64,000 nucleotides of DNA from contig CM052832.1 in the NCBI GenBank assembly GCA_028534125.1, positions 15,998,001 to 16,062,000 of the forward strand, in the 5' to 3' direction. This DNA is from Lama glama. Lineage: Eukaryota. Position numbers and translations under genes: made by a program. The stretch's first letter is position 1. Each line of letters begins with the position of its first letter. The notes under the pieces are model-generated. The model did not search any database and was not told where the DNA came from. It saw only the letters and a program-made list of their open reading frames with translations. Positions 51,801 through 64,000 of the stretch are shown here, piece after piece.

Positions 51801-54800
51801 TTGCCAATAAAAATGACCTGATATTATTTAGTACTCCAAGATAATCTAAGCCTAAACAATGTTTTTATCAAGCATTTTAGCAAATCACATCACACTTATT
51901 TGCTTATGTTTTGTTTTAGGAAGATATTCAGCAACCACAGGTAAGTTTTGCATTCACTAACTAATGCCTTTTACCGTTTAGAATTAGCAGGAACTTTTGC
52001 AAACTCTAACTTAAATAAGTCTAATTTTTCAAATATAAGAGCTCATATTTTCTTTCATCTCCTCTCTTCCTTTCTCAGAAACTTGTTTAGTGTAAAATTT
52101 TAATTACATTCATGAATGAAAAAGCATCAATATAATCTAACTGTAAAGATAAAGATTTTTTGTTCCTAGCTCATAGTATCAGATATTGGAAGGTTTGGAT
52201 TTTAACGTTGATGGAGATAAGCATGCTATGAAGATCCTTAATCTTCTACCAGTCAAACCACACTAACTTATTAATTTATGTTTGCATTTTAGGAAATATC
52301 GAGGGCATCCTCAGTAAGTTCCATTCCCATTTCTTAATTTGAATGGTTTCTGAACATCAAAGCTTGTGAAGGCTTTTTGCTTAAATCTGATCTTAGTATA
52401 TCAAGCTTGGCAAATCTTATTTCTCAGTCCACTTTATTTCCCATTAGTCAGCATTTTGTAGATTACTGACAGTCTACAGGAAATTTTAATTGCATTGATT
52501 GATTAAGAGAGAACAACAGAAAACTTACAAGTCATTTTTAAAAACATACATTGTAACTGGCATACATGAGGAGAAGAGAATCCAGTTTGGAAAAAGAGAG
52601 AGGAGTGATGAAAAAGAGCACAACATTCTACCACTTTCGCTAAATACTTCAACCTTATCTTTGCACTGGATAAGAATGCGAAAGTATGCTAAAGTCTGTA
52701 TCTTCATAAGCAGAGATCCACCAAAGAGGAAGCACAATGCAACCCACATAATAGGTCAACTCTTTAAATGATAAGAAGCTTTCATTTCTTTTAATTATCT
52801 TTCTTGAGCATAATGATTTGTACTTTCAAAAATTCTCTAAAATTCTTTTTTGTGAGGTACCCCACTAAAGTGCATGACTGACAATTTTGTTATAACCCAG
52901 GAAACATATAAGTAATTCCTTTATTTTACATCTTTCCATGTCCTAAACATATTTCGATATTTCTTTCCTTTTTAGTTTTGGTTCTTAAAGGAAACTTGAT
53001 AATCCAGTAGTTAATTGCCTTCTAAAGTTCATCAGATTTGAATTATCGTTTTCCCTACTTCTATTTACAGTTCCTACTGGTAAAAAAAAAAATTAATATT
53101 TATTACTTAACAATTTCTCCATGGCATACACATTAGACGATTTTGAGGGAAATTAAAATACACTAATTAATAGATGGTATCAATAAGAGAAATGCACTCC
53201 TGGCATTAGTTAATTCACACAACAGAAAACAACAGAAATAGAAATAGTAACCTCGACTATTATTACAGAAATTAAAATTAAACATGCAATGCCTATCATA
53301 TATTAGATTAACAAACACAAAACCCAAAGTTGGTATGTTTACAAAGAAATAGATATATTCATAATTCTAGGAGAAGGTGCTATCTTATAACAAATCTAGC
53401 AAAGAGTACAAACACATAACTCTGAATAGGTGGGTAGAGTATAGCTGATTAACCCAACTTATTATAATTAGGAATGACAATTATGAAGATAATTAAGTCT
53501 AGCCTCCACAATGTAATAAATGGTAGGAAAAAATTCAAGCTTACATGTACACCATAATCAAAATAGAAATGAATCATGTCTTAATAAGCTCTGGAAAGCT
53601 TATAGTGTTTTTCCATATTGTGAATTCATAGCAAGAAATGTTTTAATTATTTAATATCAATTGATATTTGACCCTTTCCTTTGATCTTTTATTATTGTTC
53701 AACCAATTAAATACACAATTCAAAAATTTTATTGAATTATAGTAAGGTAGATCAATTTCTACAGTGGCTGTTTGACACATTAGAATTGCTCCTTATGAAA
53801 AAGGAACCCTCCTACACTGTCGGTGGGAATGTAAATTGGTGCAGCCACTATGGAGAACAGTATGGAGGTTACTTAAAGAAACTAAAAGTAGTTAAAGTGG
53901 TCATACTGCCCAAGGCAATCTACAGATTTAATGCAATCCCTATCAAATTACCCAGGACATATTTCACTAGAACAAATCATAATAAAATTTATATGGAACC
54001 ACAAAAGACCTAGAATTGCCAAAGCATTACTGAAGAGAAAGAAAGAGGCTGGAGGAATAACTCTCCCAGACTTCAGACAATACTATAGAGCTACAGTCAT
54101 CAAGACAGCATGGTATTGGTACAAAAACAGACATATGGACTAATGGNNNNNNNNNNNNNNNNNNNNNNNNNNNNNNNNNNNNNNNNNNNNNNNNNNNNNN
54201 NNNNNNNNNNNNNNNNNNNNNNNNNNNNNNNNNNNNNNNNNNNNNNTACTATAGAGCTACAGTCATCAAGACAGCATGGTATTGGTACAAAAACAGACAT
54301 ATGGACTAATGGAATAGAAATGAATCCACAAAATTTTGGTCAACTAATCTTTGACAAAGGAGGCAAGAATATACAATGGAAGAAAGACAGTCTCTTCAGC
54401 AAACGATGTTAGGAAAACTGGACAACAGCATGTAAATCAATGAAGCTAGAACACTCCCTTACACCACACACAAAAATAAACTCAAAATGGATCAAAGACT
54501 TAGACATAAGACAAGATACAATAAACCTCCTAGAAGAAAACATAGACAAAACATTATCTCGCATACATGTCATAAATCTTTTCCTAGGGCAGTCTACCCA
54601 AGCAATAGAAATAAAAGCAAGAATAAACAAATGGGACCTCATTAACCTTACAAGCTTCTGCACAGCAAAGGAAACCATAAATAAAATAAAAAGACAAACT
54701 ACAGAATGGGAGAACATTTTTGCAAAAGATGAAACTGACAAAGGCTTGATCTCCAGAATATATAAGCAGCTCATATGACTTCATAAGACAGACAACCCCA

Positions 54801-57800
54801 TACAAAAATGAGCAAAAGACCTAAACAAGCAATTTTCCAAGGAAGAAATACAAATGATCAATAGGCACATGAAAAAATGCTCAGTATCACTAATCAGAGA
54901 AATGCAAAGCAAGACTACAATGAAGTATCACCTCACACCAGTCAGAATCGCCATTATTCAAAAGTCCACAAGTGACAAATGCTGGAGAGGCTGTGGAGAA
55001 AACCTCCTACACTGCTGGTGGAAATGCAGTTTGGTGTAGCCACTGTGGAAAACAGTATGGAAATTACTCAAAAGACTAGGAATAGACTTACCTAGGACCC
55101 AGGAATCCCGCTCCTGGGCATATATTCAGAAGAAACTCTACTTCAAAATGACACCTGCACCCAAATGTTCATGGCAGCACTATTTACAATAGCCAAAACA
55201 TGGAAACAGCCTAAATGTCCATCAACAGATGAGTGGATAAAGAAGCGGTGGTATATTTATACAATGGAATATTATTCAGCCATAAAAAACAACAACATAA
55301 TGCCATTTGCAGCAACATGGATGCTCCTGGAGAATGTCATTCTAAGTGAAGTAAGCCAGAAAGAGAGAGAAAAATACCATATGAGATTGCTCATATGTGG
55401 AATCTAAAAAAAAAGGACATAAACACAAAACAGAAACAGACTCACAGACATAGAATACAAACTTGTGGTTGCCAAGGGGGCAGGGGTGGGAAGGGACAGA
55501 TTGGGAGTTTGAAATTTGTAGATACTGACAGGCATATGTAGAATAGATAAACAAGATTACTCTGTATAGCACAGTGAAATATATACAAGATCTTGTGGTA
55601 GCTCACAGCAAAAAAGAATCTGACAATGAATATATGTATGTTCATGTATAACTGAAAACTGTGCTCTATACTGGAAATTGACACAACATTGTAAACTGAC
55701 TATAACTCAATAAAAAAAAGTTAAATAAATAAATAAATAAATAAAAACTAAAAATAGAGTTGCCATATGATCCAGCAATCCCACTCCTGGGCATATATCC
55801 AGAGAAAAGTACATGTGCCCCAATATTTATAGCAGCACTATTTACAATAGCCAAGACATGAAAGAAACCTAAATGTCCATATGAATGGATAAAGAAGATA
55901 TGGTGTGTGTGTGTATATACATGAATATTATTCAGCCATAAAAAAGGAATGAAATAATGCCATTTGCAGCAACATAGATGGACCATACTAAGTGAAGAAA
56001 GTCAGACAAAGAAAGACAAATATCATATGCTACCATTTATATGTAGAATCTTTAAAAAATGACACAAATGAACTCATTTACAAAACAGAAATAGACTCAC
56101 AGACCTAGAAAACAAACTTATGGTTACCAAAGGGAAAGGGGTGGGAGGGAGGGATAAAATTAGGAGTTTGGGATTATATACACTACTATATAAAAAACAG
56201 ATAACCAGCAAGGGCCTACTGTATAGCACAGAAAACTAAATTCAATATCTTGTAATAACCTATAATGGAAAAGAATCTGAAAAAAAAGATATCTATATAC
56301 ACACACATATATAGGTATGTATAACTGAATCACTTTGCTATACACCTGAAATGGACACACTGTAAATCAACTATACGTCAATAAAAAAATAAAATTTTAA
56401 AAAAGAAAGATTTGCTCCTTCTTAGATTTCCATGTTCTACTATATCCTTTCCTTTTTTATTGATATGATTTCTTTGTAAGTATTTGCTTTTGTTTAATTT
56501 TTTACAAACAAAAAGCTATACATAATTAATGTATAACCTTGATGAGTTCAGAGATAAGTGTGCATCCATGAAACCATCACCACAATCTGTACTATAAACT
56601 TCCAAAAGTTTCATCTCTCTTGTTTTTTTGGTAATAAGAACACTTAACATAAGACTTACCCTCCTAGCAAATTTTTAAGTATCAATACAATATTTGTTGA
56701 TTATAGGCACTATGCTGCACAGACCACCAGAAGTTACTCATCCTGTATAACTAAAACTTCATACCCTTTAACTAATAACTCTCCACCTCCCCATCGCCCA
56801 ACCCCTGTCAATCACTTCTATGAATCTATTTTAGATTCCATATCTAAGATCATGTAGTATTTGTCCTCGGTTTCTGATTTACTTCACTTAGCATAATGTC
56901 CTCCCAGTTCATCTGTCTTGTCACAAATGGAAGGATTCCTTTCTCCTAAAGACCAATATATATTCCATTGTATGTATATTCCACATTTTCTTTATCCATT
57001 CATCAATGGACATTTAGACTGCTTCCAAGTGTTGTGAGTAATGCTGCAAAGAACATGGGCGTAAAGATATCTCTTTCAGATCCTGATTTCAATTCCTTCT
57101 GATATATACCCAGAACTAAGATTGCTGGATCATATGGTGATTCTGTTTTTAGTTTCTTGATGAAACTCCATATCATTTTCCATAGTGGTTGCACCGATTT
57201 ATATTCCTACCAACAATGTACAAAGTTCCCTTTTCTCCACATCCTCCTCAACATTTTTTGTCCTTTTAGGGTTTTTTGATAATAGCCATCCAACAAATAT
57301 GAAGTGGTATCTCATTGTTGTTGTTTTGATGTGCATTTCCCTGAGCATTAGTGATATTGAACACTTTTCATTATATCTATTGGCCATTTGTATGTCTTCT
57401 TTTGAGAAATGTCTACTCAGGTTCTTTGTCCATGGAAACGTTTGGAGGTGTTGGATAAGTTCATGGCATTGACTGTGACAATGGTTTCATGGGTATATAC
57501 TTACCTCCAGATACACAAAGTTGTATACATTAAATATAGCTTTTTGTTTACCAATCATACTTTAATTAAAAATTTTTTGAAGTATTAGGTTCAAGAATTT
57601 TGAACAAGGTCCCTCACTGATTGTTCTAAATTCTACTTGCATAAAATATGGTTTCCAACTGCCTTTCATTCTAAATAATAGTCATCCTCTTGAGTAACTA
57701 ATGAATTTTAGATGGGAAAAGAAAGAAATGAATTGATAAAAATAATTAGGAGCTTGACAAAAAAATTTATACCAACTGAAAAAGAGGAAATGCTCAATCC

Positions 57801-60800
57801 AATAGAATATAGGTGGAATAGAAGAAGGCAGAGACACAAAATGAGAGAATAGAAAAAATAAGAGGGAAAAAATTATAACAGGCAGGCACAAAAAAGTTTT
57901 TTGCCATAGAAATATGTCAAAGTCCAAGAAAACTGAAAAGAAAGTTTCAAATGCATATAAATGAATTTTATACCTCTCAGCTCTGTTTAAGGATAAAGTG
58001 AATGGCTAATGAGAAACATTAAGCTTTTATTTAGGTCAGAAGCACAGACTTCTTACTTGATACAGATACAGCAACATTTGGGTTTCCCAGGATCCCTTCT
58101 AATCCTTAAACTATACTTTAGTACTGCATCAAGGAATTCTTTATCTGGGTCAACAGCTTCAAAATAAATGATGCAAATATTATGGTGCCTTTTTTAAAAA
58201 GTGTCATTTTTCAAAGCCATCCTGAAAAAGATTATTGAAAAGAGATTATGATCAACTGAAAGTATGTTTTGTGTTGTATTTCAGAAAAACATAGACCATC
58301 TACTGGTAAGTTACTTTACTATTTGGTAACTATAATAGTGCACATGTGACAAAGGATTTTATTTACTCTGGCTATTTTCATTTATACCTGCACAGAAACT
58401 AAGCATTTTCATGAGTAATTGAAAGCATATCTGCTATTTAGCCCCACCGGTTTAAGAAAGAATACATTGAGAATTCTGTCAACTGGTTTATCAATAATAA
58501 ATTTGATGTTTTTACTAAGAAGAAATAGACACAAAATATTCAGTGAAATAAAACAGAGTCAAAATCTAGACAGAGGAAAAGAGAAATAAAATTTGTTTAC
58601 AAGGAAACTCTTTTCCTAATTTGCAGATAGCTGCCTTCTCACTCTGTCCTCACTTGGGAGAAAGAGGAGAGCAAGCAAGCTCTCTGGTGTCTCTTCTTAT
58701 AAGGGTACTAATCTCATCATGAGGGCCCTACCATCAATACCTCATCTAACCTTAATTACCTCTCAAAAGGCCTCAACTCTAAATACCGTTACATTGACCA
58801 TACGGCTTCAATATATGAATTGCAGGGACACAAACACTGAGTTCATAGCACTTTCCAAAGGTCCAACAAGTTGAAGAACCATCAGATGAGACTGCTGAAA
58901 ATTACATTTAATGCCCATCATCTACTGGAAGAAACTGGCGCATTGTGAATGTAGTATGTTCCTTCCAGAACAGTATCAGAAGAAATTGTTGTTAATCCAG
59001 AGAACCCAATACTAATGTGTGTGTGTGTGCGTGCGTACGCATACATGAAAATGTTTTCTTTTTCAGAAAGAGTTTCAGAATTTAAAAGTAAGTTTTTTTC
59101 TATTTTTTATTTTTGATATATTTCAGTCTTTCATAAAGTCTGGGGCTATGGCTCTACATGTTCAGAACTTCAGATTTCCTTCTATATAGAATTCTCCCAT
59201 TTCACAATTTTTCAGAAAGTAAAATTCCAATGATTTAGCAGAAAGAAAGCAACAGGTATATGTCTCCAGAGGTGAATTTGAATAGGCATTCCAACTCTCT
59301 TAAATTAAATGCAAGGAAAGGGTTGGGGTGACTTCTTTCTCAGCCTTTCAAAAGTCTGCATTGACAAAGGCTGCAATATCATAGAATTTGTCATGAGGTA
59401 ATTTGGTGGCTCTAGGACCTGATGTTCTAAGGAAAAAAAGATTATTAACAGGAGCTATAGTCACCAAATACCAGACACAGAAGATAATATATATGCATTT
59501 TATCTTAAAAATAACTGAAATTACTCCAAACAATTTCCTTTTCAATTGACTCCATGTAATGTGATTTGGTTTTGAACCTTGGATGAGAAGCTAACACAGT
59601 CATTTGCATAACAGATCAGAGCCACACTCCTCCCTCTCTCTTACCAAATTAATGACGCCAATTTACAAAATATATACAACTTTCACGGATAGAAAGCATT
59701 AATATAGAGCGGGAAATATCCTGGAAATGCTGAAAATATCTTGCAAACAACAAAAAAAATGGCATCTTATACTAAACTATTCAGCAACAGAAATATTCTA
59801 GAATAAGGATATAGCTGAGAAATGACAAAAGAAAGATAAACAGAATAAATAGTAAGAAGAATGGATATATTAAATACTTGTGAGTCCCTTAAATAGAGAT
59901 CAGAGCTCAGAGATAAATTAAAAAAAAAAGTGGAATAGACTATCCTATCCCAACACCCTGAAGGAGTTTGTAATTGAATGTTCACAGAAACAAAAGAACT
60001 AGAGTTGTTCTCATAGCAAAGCAGAGAATACTGAAACATTTGCCCAAAATCTGATTTGGGAGTTTGGGCTCTACCTTAAGAAATCATATATGACATTTCT
60101 CTAAAAATAAAATGAATAGGAGTTGAGTTACTAATCTGGATGATTATTATCTAAATTGTTTCACTGTGTTATTTTTAGGCATGACTTCTCCATCCCCTGG
60201 TAAGTATTTTTAATCTAAATTCTAGTGTTCTCAGGTATGTCTAGGACCCTTTCTTGCACTAGCTCTTTTTAATTCCATTTATAAAACTTTGAGACTTGTG
60301 TGTTTCAATTTGAATTTTTAGAAAATAAAAGCCCAATTGGGAAGGGCAGGGGTGGAGGAGCTCGAGGTGGTACACAGGAGGAATAATGAGTATCCTGGGA
60401 ATGATTATTCTGGCTTATCAGCCAAAAATAGTACATTTTGTGATTAGAGTCTGAGAGTAAAGGCAGAGAGAAACAATAAAAGAAATAAGGTTAAGTGAAA
60501 AATCCATGTAGCTGTGCTGAAATAATGTAAAGGTTGAACAGAAGTGATGTGGGGTCAGAAAGGGAAGATGAGAGGGAAAACAAAAACTTACATTAATTGA
60601 GCATGTTTAAATGCTAGATACTTCATATATATTTTTAATTAAGTCTCAGGACAATTCTACAAATCACATACTGCTTAGAATCATTTTATAGATGAAGAAG
60701 CTGAGACATAGTAGAGTTTAAAAAAAAATTATCAACTGCAAGCAAACAGCTTGAAACTAAAGACAAAATGAATCAAAAGTGCATGCTCTCAGGCTCTGTT

Positions 60801-63690
60801 TTAATGTTATTTTTCTCCTTCACCCTTTCCTCCACTCCCAATCCCCTTTCCACCATGGGCACGCACTCTAAAATGTGGGGAGTATGGGTATACTACACCC
60901 AACCAATTTTCTTGTAATGGATCCTTAGCTGCCCCCATCTCCCTAGCACCACAAACACTCTGATGAACGTACTAGTGTGTATCCTCTTCTCTTCCATTAG
61001 ATTTATTATTTTACCTTTCCTATTTAGGACTTTCATCCCCAAAACCTGGCTCTTCCCACTGTACAGTCTCCTATAAAGAGACATAGGTACAGTCTGTACT
61101 ACATGTTCTTTTGTATGTTGAACTTACATCTATCAGTCTCGCATCTGTGCAGTTTTGGTTTAAACGACCAATTCCTTTCCTAAACTGTTCAGTCTTTCAA
61201 AGTCAGGCACAATGTTCTTATTATGCTTCTATCACCAGCATCTTATGTATTAAGAAACATTTATTAAATAAATATCACCCTTTTCTATACACTCAGGGAA
61301 AAGGTAAACTGACACAAGAACTATAGTCAAACAAACTTTGATTCCAGTCCCTGATTGGACACTTACAAACTTGGAGACTGTGACCAAATTAAAACCTTCT
61401 TGTGTCTCAGAGAAGAGCTGAAAAGATGAAAAAGAAAATAAAGGAAATGAGAGTAAAATAGTGTATAAAAAGCTGTGAAGGAAATTAAGTTTAAGAAAGA
61501 AACTTAGGTTAATGTCTGGGACACCAGTGCCAAATAGTCCACATGGAATTCTGTGACACATGAGGTTAAGATGACCTCCAGTGCACCTCTGCCTAGCTCA
61601 TATCACATCACTACCAATTAAAGCTGCTAGAAACTGGGAGAGAATAAAAGAGATAATGTTAGAGATTAAGCTACTTAATCTCTCTGTGACCAGTTTCTTG
61701 CTCTATAAAATTGGAATAAGAGTTCAGAACCCATACGATTAAATCATTTAAATGACAAGAAATACTTCAAACAATATCTGCTATCTAATCACTTATGATT
61801 ACCAAATGTTGGCTATTAGTATTGGATGTTTGGATGCTCTAAGTGTGTCATAGCCCAAAGACATTATCAAGATCTTTACTCTCCCCAGTGACAAACCCTC
61901 TCATACTCACTTCCTTGTATTTTATTTTAGGAAAAGTTGTAAAATCCACAGGTAAGTTCATTTTTCTATTCTTTAATTCAAGGAAGAGATCCAGGCTGAA
62001 GATATAAACCTGGAATTTGTCAGCATATAAATGGCATTTAAACCCTTGAATCCAAAATGAGAACATCTAGGAGGTTAGTGCAAATAGAGAAAAGAAAACG
62101 AGGCCCTGGGGCCTTCCAAAAGTTAGAAATTGAGAACTCCGAGAGGAGATCAGAAGAAACATGAGGAGTGAGTGAGGAGAACAAACAGTCTCCAGAGAGA
62201 GTAGTGTCCCAGAAGCCAGGGGAGGAAATGCTAAGAAAGAAGGTTAAACTATCAAAAGCTGCCTAGGGGTAAAAGAAAGGGAGTAATGCCAGAAGCATAG
62301 GGACCACTCTTCACTCATTCTTTCTTCCATATTCACAATCCTATTCATTAGTTGGAAATTTTTTAAATCACTGTCAAACAAAAAAAATAAATAAATACAG
62401 CCAAACATTGAAACCATGTTATCTCTTCTCTGCTTATCCACAGTATTCGGTATCGAAACTTTCAGGATTTTAAAAAATTAGATATGAAACAACTCTTAGA
62501 ACAGTAATTTGAGTCTTAATCTCCTACCAGTCAAATCACACTGTTTATTTCATACTATTAGGTTTAAATGATTAGTATGTTACCTAACTGTAAAAGTTTT
62601 CCAAGTCCAAGTGAGAATGGGAAGAAATTCTAACATGTATTCACAAACTTTGTGACAGAGAGTCTGGGCCCAAGAAGAAATGATGACCATGGAATGGGAT
62701 GAAACTCCCTTTGATAAAGAGACACTGATACAGGCTTGTCACTTGGTGGAGAGACTTCAGAGGGATACAACTGTGGTTAGTGGCTGGACCATGAAGTCGT
62801 AAAACACTTTCCAGCTCCGAATTTAATACTTTACTCACAAAAGACTTCATTTTCTGAGGCTAAAACATCAAAGTAATTGATGTAGCACTTTTGATGTTTA
62901 CTGGATATTATTTTTATTCTTTTTTTTTATTGAAGTATAGTTGATTTACAAAGTTGTGCTAGTTTGGGGTATGCAGCAAAGTGATTTAGTTACACACATA
63001 TATATAAATCTATTCTTTTTCAGATTATTTTCCATTATAGGCTGTTATAAGAAATTAAATATAATTCTCTGTTAATTATTGGGTATTACTGTAAAAGACC
63101 CTTGGGGAAAGATTAACAATGAGTAAATAAACACACAAAAGACTGACAAAAATTATTTGCTTGTATTTATATTTCAGCAAAACCAGCTCCACCTTTAAGT
63201 AAGTTATCTTGCTTGTAATTTTCATATTACTGTAGTGATACATGATGTAGGACTTTTGTTAAATTGACAGTTTTCTTTTTCAATAGTGCAAAGCTAGCAT
63301 TTTACCAAATTGTTGACAATGTCTCTGAAATTTAGTCTTACTGAATAAACTGAAAAGGACTTTGTTAGGTCAACTGACTTTCCAATATTAAAAAAGTTTC
63401 AGCCAAAGAAAAGGTATATACCAAGAAATTTGGGGTGAAATGAATTGGAGTCATGAAAAGGAAGCTAGCCAGAGAAATAAGGAGGCAAAAAGCAAAAAAA
63501 AAAAAAAAAAAAAGGAGAGCTCATGAAAAGTGGAAAAGTGAACTTTTTTAACAAGATAACTGTAGGTTTGGTGTTTCTTGCATGTCGTTTCAAAAGATTC
63601 CCCAGGGGAACCTTAAGTCCAATAATAGGCGAATGAAATGAGCTAACACTTACTTGTTTTGTATTTCAGGGAGAGTTATACCACCTACCA
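42885..63690 (+). CDS. Second microexon array (unidentified TSBP1-like microexon gene, or alternative TSBP1 3' arm), 3'-partial
   Basis: 12 symmetric phase-1 microexons join to [80 protein letters not shown] with no stop. Confidence 0.65.
45415..46225 (-). mobile_element. L1 (L1MA-like) 3' fragment
   Basis: ttctttatccattcatccatcaatggacacttaggttgtttc...; tagccattctaacaggtgtgagg. Confidence 0.85.
47649..47669 (+). CDS. Downstream-array microexon, 21 nt (xTCSPYS)
   Basis: ttttctcttttag|aaacctgttcaccttacagta|gtaagt. Confidence 0.7.
48281..48295 (+). CDS. Downstream-array microexon, 15 nt (xCSEN)
   Basis: gacttcctgcag|aatgctctgaaaact|gtatga (weaker donor). Confidence 0.45.
48852..48872 (+). CDS. 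Downstream-array microexon, 21 nt (xISSASF)
   Basis: cttacttttag|gtatatcttcagcatctttta|gtaagt. Confidence 0.7.
49760..49948 (+). mobile_element. Short L1 3' UTR fragment
   Basis: agcacagggaactatattcaat...aacattgtaaactgact plus A tail. Confidence 0.75.
51920..51940 (+). CDS. Downstream-array microexon, 21 nt (xRYSATT)
   Basis: gttttgttttag|gaagatattcagcaaccacag|gtaagt. Confidence 0.72.
52293..52313 (+). CDS. Downstream-array microexon, 21 nt (xNIEGIL)
   Basis: tttgcattttag|gaaatatcgagggcatcctca|gtaagt. Confidence 0.72.
53795..56405 (+). mobile_element. Nested L1s: a younger 5'-truncated L1 (about 53892-55745) inside an older L1 3' fragment
   Basis: ORF2 peptides ([49 protein letters not shown]); the host resumes at 55746. 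Confidence 0.9.
56480..57430 (-). mobile_element. Older L1 3' fragment
   Basis: Minus-strand ORFs 57003..57194 and 57199..57387 are L1 ORF2-like. Confidence 0.8.
58285..58305 (+). CDS. Downstream-array microexon, 21 nt (xKHRPST)
   Basis: gttgtatttcag|aaaaacatagaccatctactg|gtaagt. Confidence 0.72.
58620..58850. mobile_element. MLT1-type LTR fragment
   Basis: tctctggtgtctcttcttataagggtactaatc...catctaaccttaattacctc...ttcaatatatgaatt. Confidence 0.65.
59067..59087 (+). CDS. Downstream-array microexon, 21 nt (xRVSEFK)
   Basis: ttttctttttcag|aaagagtttcagaatttaaaa|gtaagt. Confidence 0.72.
60179..60199 (+). CDS. Downstream-array microexon, 21 nt (xMTSPSP)
   Basis: gtgttatttttag|gcatgacttctccatcccctg|gtaagt. 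Confidence 0.72.
61931..61951 (+). CDS. Downstream-array microexon, 21 nt (xKVVKST)
   Basis: gtattttattttag|gaaaagttgtaaaatccacag|gtaagt. Confidence 0.72.
61975..62260. mobile_element. L2 fragment
   Basis: aggaagagatccaggctgaagatataa...gtcagcatataaatggcatttaaa...gtagtgtcccagaagcca. Confidence 0.55.
62920..63072 (-). mobile_element. Short L1 3' UTR fragment (a similar piece lies at about 63727-63855)
   Basis: ttttattgaagtatagttgatttaca...tttcagattattttccattatagg. Confidence 0.75.
63178..63198 (+). CDS. Downstream-array microexon, 21 nt (xKPAPPL)
   Basis: atttatatttcag|caaaaccagctccacctttaa|gtaagt. Confidence 0.72.
   Translation, partial: QNQLHL
63670..63690 (+). CDS. Downstream-array microexon, 21 nt (xRVIPPT)
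   Basis: gttttgtatttcag|ggagagttataccacctacca|gtaagt. Confidence 0.72.
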
Positions 63691-64000
63691 GTAAGTTCAT
63701 TACCCTATTTTTTTTCTTAAAAAAAATTTTTTATTGAACTGTAGTTGATTTACAATGTTTCAGGTGTACAGCAAAGCGATTCAGTTATACATATACATGT
63801 ATATATTTCAGATTCTTTTCTATTATATGTTATTACAAGAAATTGAATATTATCTTATTTATAACACTAGTATATACTGGACTACTATAGGTGAGATTTT
63901 ATTAATAGATTTTTCATTTTCAGAAGATCAAAAGTTAGAGTTGTTGGTGATTAACTTATAATGAACCACAATGGTTTGTAGAAAGAATAAACTGATAAAT

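Noticed and set aside
54081..54312. Direct duplication of about 65 nt either side of a 100-N gap
   Set aside because: Typical unmerged contig overlap (assembly artefact)

Overview
Mammalian genomic DNA, AT-rich and repeat-rich, with five N gaps. A tRNA-Ala-derived Vic-1-type SINE points to a camelid (camel, alpaca or llama). The + strand carries the 3' two-thirds of TSBP1 (C6orf10/TSBP, testis-expressed basic protein 1, known from the MHC class II/III boundary). I read 25 symmetric phase-1 microexons of 15-39 nt (mostly 21 nt) between 2742 and 34588. They splice in frame into a large terminal exon (38741-39576) containing a 45-nt/15-aa tandem repeat, followed by a polyA signal. Most of these exons are invisible in the ORF track. 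The main surprise is a second array of at least 10-12 microexons with the same architecture (21 nt, phase 1, AG/GTAAGT) downstream of the TSBP1 stop and polyA signal (42885-63690, running off the window). This array is open only in the phase-1 frame, so it is either a separate microexon gene or an alternative long 3' arm of TSBP1. The introns also show exon-unit duplications, dead or frame-switching microexons, and rearranged or nested L1 insertions. The TSBP1 call rests on my recollection of the human protein; no search was run. Repeat boundaries are approximate.
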